A DNA stretch of 46,281 nt from Octopus bimaculoides. Taxonomy: Eukaryota. Position 1 is the stretch's first letter, and every line of letters starts with the position of its first letter. A program made the position numbers and the translations under genes. The notes below the pieces were generated by a model. It was not told the DNA's origin. It saw nothing but the letters and a program-made list of their open reading frames with translations, and ran no database searches. Location of the stretch: positions 14,120,141-14,166,421 of the forward strand of contig NC_069001.1 of assembly GCF_001194135.2 (NCBI RefSeq), in the 5' to 3' direction. Positions 12,351 to 24,609 of the stretch are shown one piece after another.

Positions 12351-12729
12351 ATTTCACAACACCTTTTATCATCGACCTAACTCATCCTTCACATATTTAC
12401 CATTTTTTTTACAACTAAAACAAAATTTTTTTTTTTTTTTAANNNNNNNNNNNNNNNNNNNNNNNNNNNNNNNNNNNNNNNNNNNNNNNNNNNNNNNNNN
12501 NNNNNNNNNNNNNNNNNNNNNNNNNNNNNNNNNNNNNNNNNNATACATATATACATATACATATATACATATATATATATATATACATACATGATAGTTA
12601 GAGTAAGAAATGCCCTCTGATTCATAGATATGCCTGATCAGTGTTGACCCAGGGCTAATACTACAAATCAAATCAGCAATTGCCACCATTTAAGAAATTG
12701 AACCAATGTTTCTCTTTTACTATTTGCAG

Positions 12730-12816
12730 GATTTGAGTCGTTTAGGGCGAGAACTTGAACAAGTGGTGATTGTGGACAACTCACCAGCTTCTTATATCTT
12801 CCATCCACAAAATGCA
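12730..12816 (+). CDS. CTDSP: Penultimate coding exon of a CTD small phosphatase (SCP/CTDSP family, FCP1-like HAD phosphatase)
   Basis: Acceptor tttgcAG at 12728-12729, then 87 nt in phase 0 encoding [29 protein letters not shown], then donor GTAAGT at 12817. Matches the DLSRLGR..VxIxDNSPASYxFHPxNA motif of CTDSP1/2/L. Confidence 0.95.
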
Positions 12817-12944
12817 GTAAGTAGTTACTGATTATTATTATTATTGTTGTTGTTGTTGGAAGGGGTAGAAACAGAAAGACATGGGACAAAATGGTGAGAA
12901 TGGATCTTCAGATGTTTCGCCTCTCAGTGGGGGTTAACAAAGGA

Positions 12945-13267
12945 CCGAGACTTCTGGTGGTTTGCTGTGCTTAAGAAGACACATCAAGCTAAATGAATAC
13001 GTAGTTGTCCTTGCATATAGGCATGTCCCCTGCATCCCTCTTTAGCTGAGTGTTCCTAATCTTACAGGCTCATGGCATTATGTATAAAGCACCCATGCCA
13101 GTGCTGCATAAGAGCCCCCAGTACACCCTGTAAAGTGGTTGACATTAGCAAGGGTATCCAGCTGTAGAAACCATGCCAGGGCAGCTCTTCAGTGGACCAG
13201 ATCTTGTCAAGTGGTCTAACCCATGCCATCATGGAAAATTAAAGTCAATTGATTATTATTATTATTA
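12945..13267 (+). mobile_element. SINE-like family F, in the last CTDSP intron
   Basis: gtggttgacattagcaagggtatccagctgtagaaaccatgcc...ctaacccatgccatcatggaaa followed by an ATT tail. The core is shared with 18175-18380 and 21810-21950. The 5' boundary is uncertain. Confidence 0.7.
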
Positions 13268-13285
13268 CTAAATGCTTAATGTATG

Positions 13286-13621
13286 GGAGATTGCGCATGT
13301 CTCAGTGGTTAGAGCATCGAGCTTAAGGTCGTGAGATAGTGAGTTCGAATCCTGGACCGGGCTGCGTGTTGTGTTCTTGAGCAAGACACTTTATTTCACG
13401 TTGTTCCAGTTCACTCAGCTGTAGAAATGAGTTGCAGCGTCACTGGTGCCAAGCTGTATCGGCCCCTTTGCCTTAGATAACACTGGTGGCGTGAAGAGGG
13501 GAGGCCGGTATGCATGGGTGACTGCTGGTCTTCCATAAACAACAACCTTGCCCGGACTTGTGCCTGGGAGGGTAACTTCCTACGTGCAATTCCATGGTTA
13601 GTCATAACCGAAGGGGGTCTC
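13286..13621 (+). mobile_element. tRNA-derived SINE-D, in the last CTDSP intron
   Basis: A-box-like tgtctcagtgg, B box gagttcgaatcc at 13341-13352, then cttgagcaagacactttatttcacgttgttccagttcactcagctgtag, which is shared with 22148-22290. Confidence 0.8.
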
Positions 13622-13843
13622 AGCAGCAGCAGAGAGATGGGATGGTCAAGGTTGGAGACTATCTTTGATCATAGATCTACTGACCCAGGGCAAATGTGGA
13701 GCTAAACAACACTACCAACAACAACCACACACACACATGTTTGTATCAGATTCTTCATATAAAATATTTCAATGTTCTAACACTGTCTTTCTTTCTTTCT
13801 TTCTTTCATTTCCTCCATGGCGTTTGTGTTTGTGGTGGCACAG

Positions 13844-13984
13844 GTTCCAGTCAGTTCATGGTTCGACGATGAAGAAGACCGGGAACTGTACGACCTCATC
13901 CCTTACTTTGAGACCTTGGCCAACCTAGATAGTGTATACAGCATGGTTAGGACCGCACAGATGTCACCGGTTGAAGCGACATAA
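13844..13984 (+). CDS. CTDSP: Terminal coding exon of the CTD small phosphatase
   Basis: Acceptor cacAG at 13842-13843, phase 0, encodes [46 protein letters not shown] then TAA at 13982-13984. Continues in frame from the previous exon and matches the CTDSP C-terminal VPVxSWFD..D.EL.DL.P.FE.L...D.VY motif. Confidence 0.95.
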   Translation, partial: VPVSSWFDDEEDRELYDLIPYFETLANLDSVYSMVRTAQMSPVEAT

Positions 13985-15050
13985 CACTACCGTTAACCAG
14001 CCCCCCCTATGGACAGAACCCTTTGTCTTTTTTTTTTTTTTATTTTTTTTTATTTCATTGCTAACCCTTCCTGCTGTTGGAGAAATAATATCATACCCAT
14101 GCATACTGCTTCTTGATGATAACCCTTCCCTCCCATTCCCCCCCCCCACCGATCTTTCCCTTCTTGATCCTTCTTTATAAACCCCATTTCCCCTCCCTAA
14201 ATTCTCTCCCACCCCCCACTTTTTTTACACTCCTGTCTTTGCCTCCTTTCTCTCTCTCTCATTTACTCATTCATTCTCTCTCTCAAGTACAGTATGACTG
14301 ACCGACAGAAAGACAGACTGTTGTATGGATGGACAGCTGGACGTTACTACTTAGCTGGTTCGAGACTATAGCATTGTGACAGAAAAACACAAGGTTTTGG
14401 ACAGCTGTCATTCGTACACACACACAAACACACCCACACATACACACTCCCCAAACATGTATATACGCAACATTGTATAAATATATATATATATGTAGGT
14501 ATGTATGTATGTATGTATGTATGTATGTATATATATATATATATATATGATGTCAAAGTATATGCAAGGAACTTTGAATTGAAAATAGTAATAGTTTTTA
14601 CATTTGGCAATGAATGACCACTACCACCACCACCACCTCTTTCAGGGAAATTAATATTTCCTCTTCCCTCTCCTCCTTACTCTTTTTTAAAAGAAAAAAA
14701 AATTTTTAATATCTAAAATTGTAAAATTTATGAAGAAAAAAAACACAAAAGCAAAAAAAAAAATTGGGGGAAAAAAAAACATTCTACAAAAACAAAAAAC
14801 AACAACAATCATCAAAAGCGTTGAATGGGGAAAAAAAAAAGAACAACAACAACAACAGCAGCAACAACAATAATAATAATAATAACGGCGACAACAATAA
14901 CTATGAAGACTACAACAAAAACAACTTCGATAATAGCAACAACAACAACAACACTGTTGATGGAAATAAGGAGATGAAAGAGAAGAAAAAGAAAAGCAAA
15001 GATGTATTGATACAAGACCCATCCCTCTACTTTAAAAGATGCTGGACTTA
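13985..15050 (+). other. Probable start of the CTDSP 3' UTR (low-complexity; end not determined)
   Basis: Follows the stop codon directly. Contains pyrimidine tracts, TATG/TA repeats, A-runs and an AAC/AAT block. I could not assign a polyadenylation site. Confidence 0.4.
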
Positions 15051-16054
15051 AAACCAGATGAGAGACCTCTCTTGGACCAAACTGGTGTATAGTGCATGAT
15101 TGCTCGGCCTGTTAGAAATAACAGCCGTATCACACTTGTCTTAAAGAAGGAATGAAGGACATATTTTGGTAATGGATGTAGTTGTAGAGAAATATACTAA
15201 AGCCAGGAAGAAAAACGAAAATGAACATAAAGAAAAGAAAGCCCAGACAGGTTGGTCATAGTCGGAATGCCTTTGATTGCTTGTGTGTGTGTATTTAATC
15301 GAGGTGTTCCTGGGATGGAGGTTCGACAACAGCAACAAGAACAATAGCTGCAACAAAACGATTGGAATTAATGAACTTTTTAAAAAGTGGTGTTTGTTGT
15401 AACCTCTTCATGAAAGGCCTTGCAAAATGAATTATCGACGAAAACGAATCGAAATGGAATGAAATGAAATGAAACGAAACGAAATACGGACTTTTACCGT
15501 ATTATTTTTAAAAAATTACATTGTTTTTTTTTTTGGTTTTTTTTTCTGCTTTTTTTTTTCATCTCATAGAATGGGATGAGTTTCTGGAGTGGATGGCGGC
15601 GTGTGATATTTTTGTGAGTTGGAGTTATAAAGATTTTGCTCAGACACTGAGAAAGAAGAGAGAGAGAGAGAGTATTTGTGTGTGTGTATGCATGCGTGTG
15701 TGCGTTTTTCTTTTTTCCCCCCCATTTGTTACACATCATCTTCCCAGTCGGCCCAGCTAAACTGACGTGTCTGGAAACAAAANNNNNNNNNNNNNNNNNN
15801 NNNNNNNNNNNNNNNNNNNNNNNNNNNNNNNNNNNNNNNNNNNNNNNNNNNNNNNNNNNNNNNNNNNNNNNNNNNNNNNNNNNNNNNNNNNNNNNNNNNN
15901 NNNNNNNNNNNNNNNNNNNNNNNNNNNNNNNNNNNNNNNNNNNNNNNNNNNNNNNNNNNNNNNNNNNNNNNNNNNNNNNNNNNNNNNNNNNNNNNNNNNN
16001 NNNNNNNNNNNNNNNNNNNNNNNNNNNNNNNNNNNNNNNNNNNNNNNNNNNNNN

Positions 16055-17335
16055 ATCGTTAGCATGCTGGACGAAATGCTTAGTGGTATTTCATTTGTCT
16101 TTACGTTCCAAGGTCAAATCCCACCAGGGTCGACTTTGCCTTTCATCCTTTTGAAGTTGATGAATTAAGTACCAGTGAGACACTGGAGTTGATGTAATTG
16201 ACTAGTCACCTCCCCCAAAATTTCAGGCCTTGTGCCTTTAGTAGAAAGGATTATTACTACTATTATTATTATTATTAAGGTAGTGAGCTGGCAGAGTTGT
16301 TTAGCAATGCCGAACAAAATGCTTGCCCGCATTTCTTCTGGTTTTACATCCTGAGATCAACTTTGCTTTTCATCCATTGGGGGGGGGGGCGATGAAATAA
16401 GTACCAGTTATGCACTGGGGTTGATATAATTGACTTATCCCCTCTCTACATATTTCAGGCCTTGTGCCTATAGTAGTAAGGATTATTATTAGTGAGCTGG
16501 ACAAAATGGTTTGTAATATTTGTTCTGGATAAGGCGGTGAGCTGGTAGAATTTTTAGCATGCTGGGCAAAATGCTTAGTGTTGTTTCATCCAGGTCAAGG
16601 TCGACTTTGCCTTTCATCCTGCTGGGGGGTCAATGACATAAGTGCCAGTTAAGCACTGGGGTCAATGTAATCATCTTGCCTCTCCTTCCCCCTTCTTTGA
16701 AATTACTGGCCCTTGTGCCAAAGTTAGAAACCAATATTTGTTCTGGTTCTTTGTGTTCTGAGGTCAGCTTTGCCTTTCATCCTTCAGGGGTCAATAATAC
16801 AAGTACTGAAATCAATGGGATCGACATGCTTCTCTCCCTAAAATTTTCTGGGCTTGTGCCTGAATCAGATGCCATTATTATTATTAAGATGGTAAGCTCG
16901 CAGAACTGTTAGCATGCCGGACAAAATGCTTAACAGCAGTATTTTGTCCGCCTTGACGTTCTGAGTTCAAATTCTGCTAAGGTCGACAAATTAAGTACCA
17001 GTTATATACTGCGGTCGATGTAATCGATTATCTCCCCTCCCCCTAAATTTCAGGCCTTGTATCTATAGTAAAAAGGGTTATTAGTTTGTTAGTAGGACAA
17101 TGTGGATTGAGCAGAATTGATGCAGAGCTTGGAACTAAATGCTTATATTTAGTTACGATCCTCTATGTGTGGAGTTCAAATCCCTGTGGATATGAAGCAG
17201 TGATTAATTTAATTTTTTTTTTTTTTTTGGCCTTTCATCCTTTCAGGTGGGCTTGAAAGGTTAAAAGAAAGGTAGAAAGAAAAGAAAAAAAAAGGTACCA
17301 GTCAAATACTTGAATATACACGATTGACTGTTGAC
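16055..17335 (+). mobile_element. Head-to-tail array of about 6-7 SINE-C units or fragments
   Basis: Repeated unit of about 200-220 bp: ggcggtgagctggcagaa...ctgagttcaaatt...gtcgactttgcctttcatcc...aagtaccag...aggccttgtgcc...(ATT)n. Confidence 0.88.
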
Positions 17336-18080
17336 TGTTCCCTCTCACCCCACAAAATTATTTGGGCTGGGCAGAGTCTTAGAAATAGTCATTTCATTTG
17401 TGATAACAAAAAAAAAAAAACACAACTAGAAAAAACAATTACTGGTCAAGATTGGAGGGGTGGTTAGGTTCGTTAAGAATCGGTTCTTCCTGTCTATTCC
17501 AGCAGTCCTCTCCTACTCCCTCCTGCCACCAGGAAGAAAAAAAAAAAACACAAAAATAGAATTCTGATTTCATGGTGTTTGGGTCTAGGAGTAAGGTGCC
17601 ATGTTGCAACATCTTGTGTTGTTGTTGTTATGTGCTTAGTTTCTTTTCTGCGAAGAAGAAAAAGATTCTTTGTGTGTGTACTTCAGACAAAAAGGAAACC
17701 AGGAAATGTTGAGTGATGGGCAAAGCGCAAGCAAAAGAACTTCTTGAANNNNNNNNNNNNNNNNNNNNNNNNNNNNNNNNNNNNNNNNNNNNNNNNNNNN
17801 NNNNNNNNNNNNNNNNNNNNNNNNNNNNNNNNNNNNNNNNNNNNNNNNNNNNNNNNNNNNNNNNNNNNNNNNNNNNNNNNNNNNNNNNNNNNNNNNNNNN
17901 NNNNNNNNNNNNNNNNNNNNNNNNNNNNNNNNNNNNNNNNNNNNNNNNNNNNNNNNNNNNNNNNNNNNNNNNNNNNNNNNNNNNNNNNNNNNNNNNNNNN
18001 NNNNNNNNNNNNNNNNNNNNNNNNNNNNNNNNNNNNNNNNNNNNNNNNNNNNNNNNNNNNNNNNNNNNNNNNNNNNNNNN

Positions 18081-18119
<39 letters not shown>

Positions 18120-18174
18120 TGGATACATTATATATATATACATACACACACAGTATATAAAAACCTTCTGTAAC

Positions 18175-18380
18175 GCTGAGTGTCAGGTAAAGGATTTTTG
18201 GAAGTTTTCCATGAGCGTGGCCGTTACCAGTACTGCCTGACTGGCCGGTGGCACGTAATAGCACCCACTACACTCTCAGAGTGGTTGGCGTTAGGAAGGG
18301 CATCCAGCTGTAGAAACTCTGCCAAATCAGATTGGAGCTTTGTGCAGCCATCTGGTTTGCCAGTCCTTAGTCAAATCGTC
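18175..18380 (+). mobile_element. SINE-like family F copy
   Basis: ggtggcacgtaatagcacccactacactctcagagtggttggcgttaggaagggcatccagctgtagaaactctgcc. Confidence 0.75.
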
Positions 18381-18602
18381 ATCATACTTGGTGGTATCCA
18401 ATTACACCCCTTTATCTCTAAACCTGTAGAGGTTTTGTTATGTCCTGCATTTTGACGGTGTATTTCATCGTCTCTGGGGGACTGGCCCTAACAGCGTACC
18501 TCGCTGACTGAAACTACTGACTGTATCAGTCCACTATTTATTAGTAGTGGACCAGATCACTTCTTGCCTGGGGGCATTCGCCACAACAGGTTTATAAAGT
18601 AC

Positions 18603-18680
18603 TGCTCAAATTACTGGGGTGAGGAGGTCGACATAATTGACTATATACCACTCCCAAAATTTGGGGGCCTTTGTGCCTAT
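18603..18680 (+). mobile_element. SINE-C 3' fragment
   Basis: actggggt...gtcgacataattgact...cccaaaattt...gcctttgtgcctat. Confidence 0.55.
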
Positions 18681-19140
18681 CAACAGCCCCTCTTGAATTG
18701 AGTTTCTCTTCAAGTTGCCTTGTTCCCAAAGCCCAATAGTTGGCCATTGGTTCTTCAAATAAGCCCCAGTGTCCTTTACAATGGTGTTTCTATCAGGCAT
18801 TCGTGATTGGAAGACAGTACCTTCTTTGGACTACTTTCTTGATTTGGTGTGACCATTGAAGTGATTCAGTGATTCAGCACACCAGAGCAAACAGACTACA
18901 TTCAAATAAATGCAGGCACACACACACAGAAGAGAAAAATAGCTGTACATCTTTATCACTACTAGTAGCAGGTTGCATTGACAACAGGTTACCTACAACC
19001 ACAGTGACCCTCATCCATTGCTCCTTATTTCTCCCCTCATCCTTCCCTTCCTATGAAAATATCCTTAAATGACTGACACTGAGTTGGATCATGTCACTAG
19101 ATCTGGAACTAGCTTAGCTTTCATTATTATTATTATGGTG

Positions 19141-20148
19141 AAGGCGGTGAGGTGGCAGAATTGTTAGCATGCTGGGCGAAATGCTTAGTGGTACTTTGCC
19201 TGTTGCTATGTTCTGAGTTCAAATTCCGCCGAGGTCAACTTTATCCTTTTAGGATCAATAAAACAAGTACTAGTTGAACACTGGGGTCGATGTCATCAAC
19301 TCACACCCTCCGCCAAAATTGCTGCCCTTGTAGCAAAATTTAAAACCATTATTATTATTGTTGTTATGATGAAGGTGGTGAGCTGACAGAATCATTAGCA
19401 TGTCGGGCAAAATGCTTAGCGGTATTTCAGCCATCCTCACATTCTGAGTTCAAATTCCCCCGAGGTCGACTTTGCTTTCATCCTTTTGGGGTTGATGAAA
19501 AGAGCACTAGTCAGGCACTGGGGATTGATGTAATCAACTATCCCTTTCCCCCTAAAATTTCAGGCCTTGTGCCTATAGTGGAAAAGCTTGTTATGGTGGC
19601 GAACTAACAGAATCGTTAGCATGCTGGGTGAAAGGCTTAGCAGCATTTTGTCCGTCTTTGCATTCTGAGTTCCATCCTTTCAGGGTTGATAAATTAAGTA
19701 CCAGTGAAATACTGGGGTCCATGTGATCAACTCCTCTCCACCCCCCAAATTTCAGGCCTTGTGTCATTATAGAAAGGATTATTATTATTATCATGGTGGT
19801 GAGCTGGCAGAATCCTTAGAGAGTTGAACAAAATGCTTAATGACATTTTTTCTGGCTCTTTATGTTCTGAGACCAACTTTGCCTGTCCTCATTTTGGGGG
19901 TTGATAAAATAAAGTCCCAATCAAGTATATTGGGACTGATATAATTAACTAACACCCTTCCCCCATGAAAATTCTGGCCTTGTGCCAAAACTGGAAACCA
20001 TTATTAAGATGACAAGATAGTAGAACTTAGCACATCAGATAAAATGGTTAGCCTCATTTCTTCTGACTTTAAAGATTCTGAGTTCAAATCTATCAGGTTT
20101 GATGTAATTAACTAGGGCCTCCTCCTTATTGTAGAAACAGTTATTATT
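19141..20148 (+). mobile_element. Head-to-tail array of 5 SINE-C units
   Basis: Unit starts near 19141, 19372, 19594, 19793 and 20006, mostly directly after an (ATT)n tail. Confidence 0.9.
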
Positions 20149-20769
20149 GTCATGGCACTGTACTGAAAGAATTAGTAGAGTGCTGGAATCGATAAAATAA
20201 AGGATCAGACAAGCACTGCAGTTATTATAAATAAACTATAATACTCTTTATTCTCTTAAAATCCATGTATGGCATTGTGCCTATTTAAGAAATGGTTATT
20301 AGTGTTGTTGTTGTTGTTGTGATTGACAGGGTGGGGGAGGGAAGATTTTTTTTTTTTTTTACTCAAGGAATATAAAAAGTAAATGACAAAAACAAATATC
20401 CAATAATGTATACAAAAAACANNNNNNNNNNNNNNNNNNNNNNNNNNNNNNNNNNNNNNNNNNNNNNNNNNNNNNNNNNNNNNNNNNNNNNNNNNNNNNN
20501 NNNNNNNNNNNNNNNNNNNNNNNNNNNNNNNNNNNNNNNNNNNNNNNNNNNNNNNNNNNNNNNNNNNNNNNNNNNNNNNNNNNNNNNNNNNNNNNNNNNN
20601 NNNNNNNNNNNNNNNNNNNNNNNNNNNNNNNNNNNNNNNNNNNNNTATGTATATATATATATAATATAAGGAATTACTGCTGTCCGGCAGTATACAAAGG
20701 GAGGCTACTCTGTTACCGAACCTCTTGTTTTTCCTTTGGAAATTTCAAAGCACTGAACTGATCTATTCA

Positions 20770-20807
<38 letters not shown>

Positions 20808-21528
20808 AATTGTGTCTATGTTTGATTGTATAAAAAGCATATGCTTCCATCACCTCCACTCACCACCCTCACATTTATCAGCTATGTTTTTCAAGACATT
20901 TAAGCCAAAGCATAATTTTATAAGTGTTAGTTAGTCATTTTCACAAATACATGTGTGTGTATTATATATATATATATGTATGTTCACACTTTCAATATGT
21001 ATATATACTTCCGTATATATATACCACTCACACACACAAACATATATGCATACATGTCTTTATATATATATATATAAAGACATATGTATATATACATACA
21101 TGTATACACACATATACATATATATCATATGCTTATATATATTTCATTGGGCTCCGAGACATAATTTTGAGAAAGTTTATCTTTATTTTTAATTATATTC
21201 AACACAAGAAAACACCCACAACTATTATTCTTTATACTGTTGAATCAACTTAAAAAAGTTCTGCATTCTCCAATGATTTTTTGGGATTTTGTTTGGTTCT
21301 AGTTTTAATTTGCTACCGTTTCTTTTGTAGCTTCTCATTCCTATTTTATATAAGCATTGATATCCATCCCAGACTATGTTTGAACAATCAACCACCACCG
21401 CCACCACCACCACCACCAAACTTATTGCTGTTGTTTGAAGTATGATTGTAATGTATTTAAGTGGAGTTTCAAATTTGGTAGGGAATCCAAGAGAAATCAG
21501 AGTCTCTATGCATGTGTGTATGTGCATA

Positions 21529-21576
<48 letters not shown>

Positions 21577-21745
21577 AGAGTAAGCACATGAAATGTGCAA
21601 CAAGGTGGAAAAAAGAGTACTCAAATACCAGAGGTAGAGTAATATGCTTTATTTAAAAGCAGCAGAAATATAACTGTCCGATGAACGGGAACATGAAACT
21701 CCGAGTAACAGTCTTTTGTTATATTTCTGCTGCTTTTAGATAAAG

Positions 21746-21809
<64 letters not shown>

Positions 21810-21810
<1 letters not shown>

Positions 21811-21950
21811 CGATTGGTGTTAGGAAGGGCATCCGGTCATAGAAACCATGCCGAATCAGACTGGAGTCTTGTGCAGCTCCCCAGCTCTGGCCAAACCATC
21901 TAACCCATTCCAGCATGGACAATAGATGCTAAATGATGATGATGATGATG
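21810..21950 (+). mobile_element. Family F 3' end with (GAT)n tail
   Basis: ttggtgttaggaagggcatcc...ctaacccattccagcatgga...gctaaatgatgatgatgatgatg. Confidence 0.75.
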
Positions 21951-22147
21951 AAGATGTAGGGACAAATACAAGTATGTCGTGTATCATGCAATATAAGTTC
22001 ATGATTCATTGAAACTATCTCTGTTTCTAGAAGATGAGTTATGATTATCAAGTGATAATAAAACCCTTTTAATATTAACCTGCTTGGGGCCAGCCCTGGT
22101 TTTGTGATACAAACTTCCTGCTTTAAAGTGATCTAAATTTTCCTAGT

Positions 22148-22290
22148 GGAGGTGAGTGGCATAGTGGTTAGGGTGCTGGATTCACAATCATAAGATTGTA
22201 GTTTCGATCCCTGGACTAAGTGACACATTGTGTTCTTGAGCAAAACACTTCATTTCACGTTGCTCCAGTCCACTCAGCTGTAGATATAAG
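22148..22290 (+). mobile_element. SINE-D 5' part
   Basis: A-box-like tggcatagtgg, B-box-like gtttcgatccc, then cttgagcaaaacacttcatttcacgttgctccagtccactcagctgtag as in 13286-13621. Confidence 0.75.
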
Positions 22291-23518
22291 TTTAGCCTGG
22301 AGAGGGTAGGCTCTGCCAGGCATTCTTGCCCTAGATATGTTATATGGCTGCAACACCTGAACGACACCCAAGGAGTTAAGGGGTTTGTTAATTGTCAAAT
22401 CTTACAACTTTCATTAAAATTTCAGCTTATTAATAATAGCAAAGTCCTTTACTAAACTAAATTATTTATTCCCAAAATTAACTGAAACCAAGACAGTACA
22501 TTTCATATCTGTTCCACTTGAGTAGGAAAGATAATCCCCTTAATTAAGAATTCTCCAAAGATTTGGCATAGAGCTAGCAGTTTTGGGGTGATTGCTTTGG
22601 CTCCAGTACTCAACTAGTGCTTGTAGTATTGACTGTGAGGTGATGAAAGGCAGAAGATAACCGTAGTGATGTTGAATTCCAACATCACTAGGGTTAGAAG
22701 AAACACTTTGTCTCATGTGCTCTTTGTTTTGCCTAGTCCACTCCATCCTCTTCCTATCTATCTATATATATATACACCACACACTCACATGCGAGTACAT
22801 ATATATACATACAGACAATGGGTCTTGTTTCTGTGTTCTAGATCCTGGCTAAAGACCAAAAGGTCTTTTGCTCTCTGCCTTGAGCATCTTCACCAGGAGA
22901 TTAGATGTGGCATGTGCAGAGGAGGGAGGATCACAGGAAGGTCGCAGAATTAATCAACCAGTGTTAACTGATCATACTTAAACTCTCAACTACAAAACAG
23001 TCCAGGAGGAGATTTGGGAGTTGAGTGTGGGACTTGAAGCATGAATACATCTATCTTTCTCTCATATGTGTGTAACAAAAATACGTAGAGAAAAGAATTG
23101 CTTCTTTAATTGTAGAACTCACCTTACACGGCCATATATACGTATTTTTTCTGAATTTCTCAAAATTCTTCGAAATGATATTTAGATCCACATGTCATAC
23201 ACGAGGAATTACCTTGCACGTGTATTCGACTTACATTTACTGGCGTCTGATTGTTGGATACTTTTAATCAAGTTCATTTAAAGCTGAATGCTTTATTGAT
23301 ATCTACATGGATATTTTAATCACTGTTTTACATCTTTTTTCTCTCTCATATATATATATATAAGAAAGAGAGATGACAGTGGAATCAACAATTATCTTAT
23401 GAACTTCATTAGCTTACAGTTGTTTCTGCTATGAATGCAGTTGGCTCATAGTTGAGTGCCTGTGTTGTTCTGTACTCGTCTAACGCTTCGTTCTAAAGCA
23501 TATGTATATTGAGTTCTA

Positions 23519-23902
23519 GCGGAGGCGCAATGGCCCAGTGGTTAGGGCAGTGGACTCGCGGTCATAGGATCGCGGTTTCAATTCCTAGACCGGGCGTTGT
23601 GAGTGTTTATTAAGCGAAAACACCTAAAGCTCCATGAGGCTCCGGCAGGGGATGGTGACGAACCTTGCTGTACTCTTTCACCACAACTTTCTCTCACTCT
23701 TACTTCCTGTTTCTGTTGTGCCTGTAATTCAAAGGGTCAGCCTTGTCACACTGTGTCACGCTGAATATCCCCAAGAACTACGTTAAGGGTACATGTGTCT
23801 GTGGAGTGCTCAGCCACTTGCATGTTAATTTCACAAGCAGGCTGTTCCGTTGATCGGATCAACTGGAACCCTTGACGTCGTAAGCGACGGAGTGCCAACA
23901 AC
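23519..23902 (+). mobile_element. Full-length tRNA-derived SINE-B with an 11-bp TSD
   Basis: Head gcggaggcgcaatggcccagtggttagg, B-box-like ggtttcaattcc, tail ggagtgccaacaac. TSD attgagttcta at 23508-23518 and 23903-23913. Confidence 0.95.
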
Positions 23903-24609
23903 ATTGAGTTCTACACTAAATAGTCTCACAATGCCAAGGTGAAATATATACATATACATATATATATATATGTGTATCTATCTATCTATCTATATATATG
24001 TAGTTATATTACATGGGTATTGGAGAGGACAGAGAGAAGGTAGTGGGATAACTTTTCTATTGATAAAAAGTTTTTTTTTTCCTTCTGCTGTTGTTGTTGT
24101 TATAGGTTCATTAAAAAAGAAAACAGTTAATTTTCCCCATTTTTGTTATTTCCCGTCCTATCCGACACATTGTGGTTTCAGAGGATTTATTATTATTATT
24201 ATTATTATTTTGTTTAAATGTTGCTGGAGTGTTTTGTTGCTTTGTTTTGCAGTATTTTTGTTTTAAATACTGGGAATAGATTGTTTTTGTTTTTTTCTTT
24301 TTACTGTTGTTCTTGTTTGTTTTTGTTTTATTCCATTTTGTTATATCTCTGATTCGGTCGTTATAACATCATTGGCTATTTCTCATGTTTGATATCTTGT
24401 AATTAAGGCTATTTTTAATTATTACCTTTGTCTGTTGGTCTGTGCGTCTGTCTTTCTGTACTCTAAATGCTGCCTGGTATACAGAGCTGTTGCTTTCCCC
24501 CGCTAACCCTAATCCTTAAGGGCTAATATCCTACCTCACACACACATCCCTACTAGGCATCTACTGGAACAAACCAACTGAATCTTTAGACCCACCCCTA
24601 ATCTTTCCT

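Noticed and set aside
12627-12655. tatgcctgatcagtgttgacc as the YADPVAD exon start
   Set aside because: Needs several indels, hits a stop, and leaves no room for the exon plus an intron before 12730.
1-13843. miR-26-type intronic microRNA, as hosted by vertebrate CTDSP genes
   Set aside because: I saw no UUCAAGUAAUCCAGGAUAGG-like sequence or hairpin of suitable length by eye. Gaps were not assessable.
14764-15051. Asn-rich 95-aa ORF downstream of CTDSP
   Set aside because: Translation of an AAC/AAT simple repeat in the probable 3' UTR, with no domain features.
18606-18800. Short non-repetitive minus-strand ORF, and a similar one at 26025-26231
   Set aside because: No recognisable motif or convincing splice signals. 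Cannot be supported without transcript data.
16055-20148. CRISPR-like or satellite interpretation of the repeated arrays
   Set aside because: Units are diverged SINEs of about 200 bp with Pol III-like heads and ATT tails, with no short identical repeats separated by unique spacers. The DNA is eukaryotic.
22058-22505. Possible TTAA-type MITE interrupted by SINE-D
   Set aside because: Terminal inverted repeats and a TSD could not be matched within the window.
23519-23595. tRNA gene candidates at the SINE heads (also 13286, 31532, 36906)
   Set aside because: A and B boxes are present, but each continues into a multi-copy SINE body with TSDs, without a proper acceptor stem or poly-T terminator.
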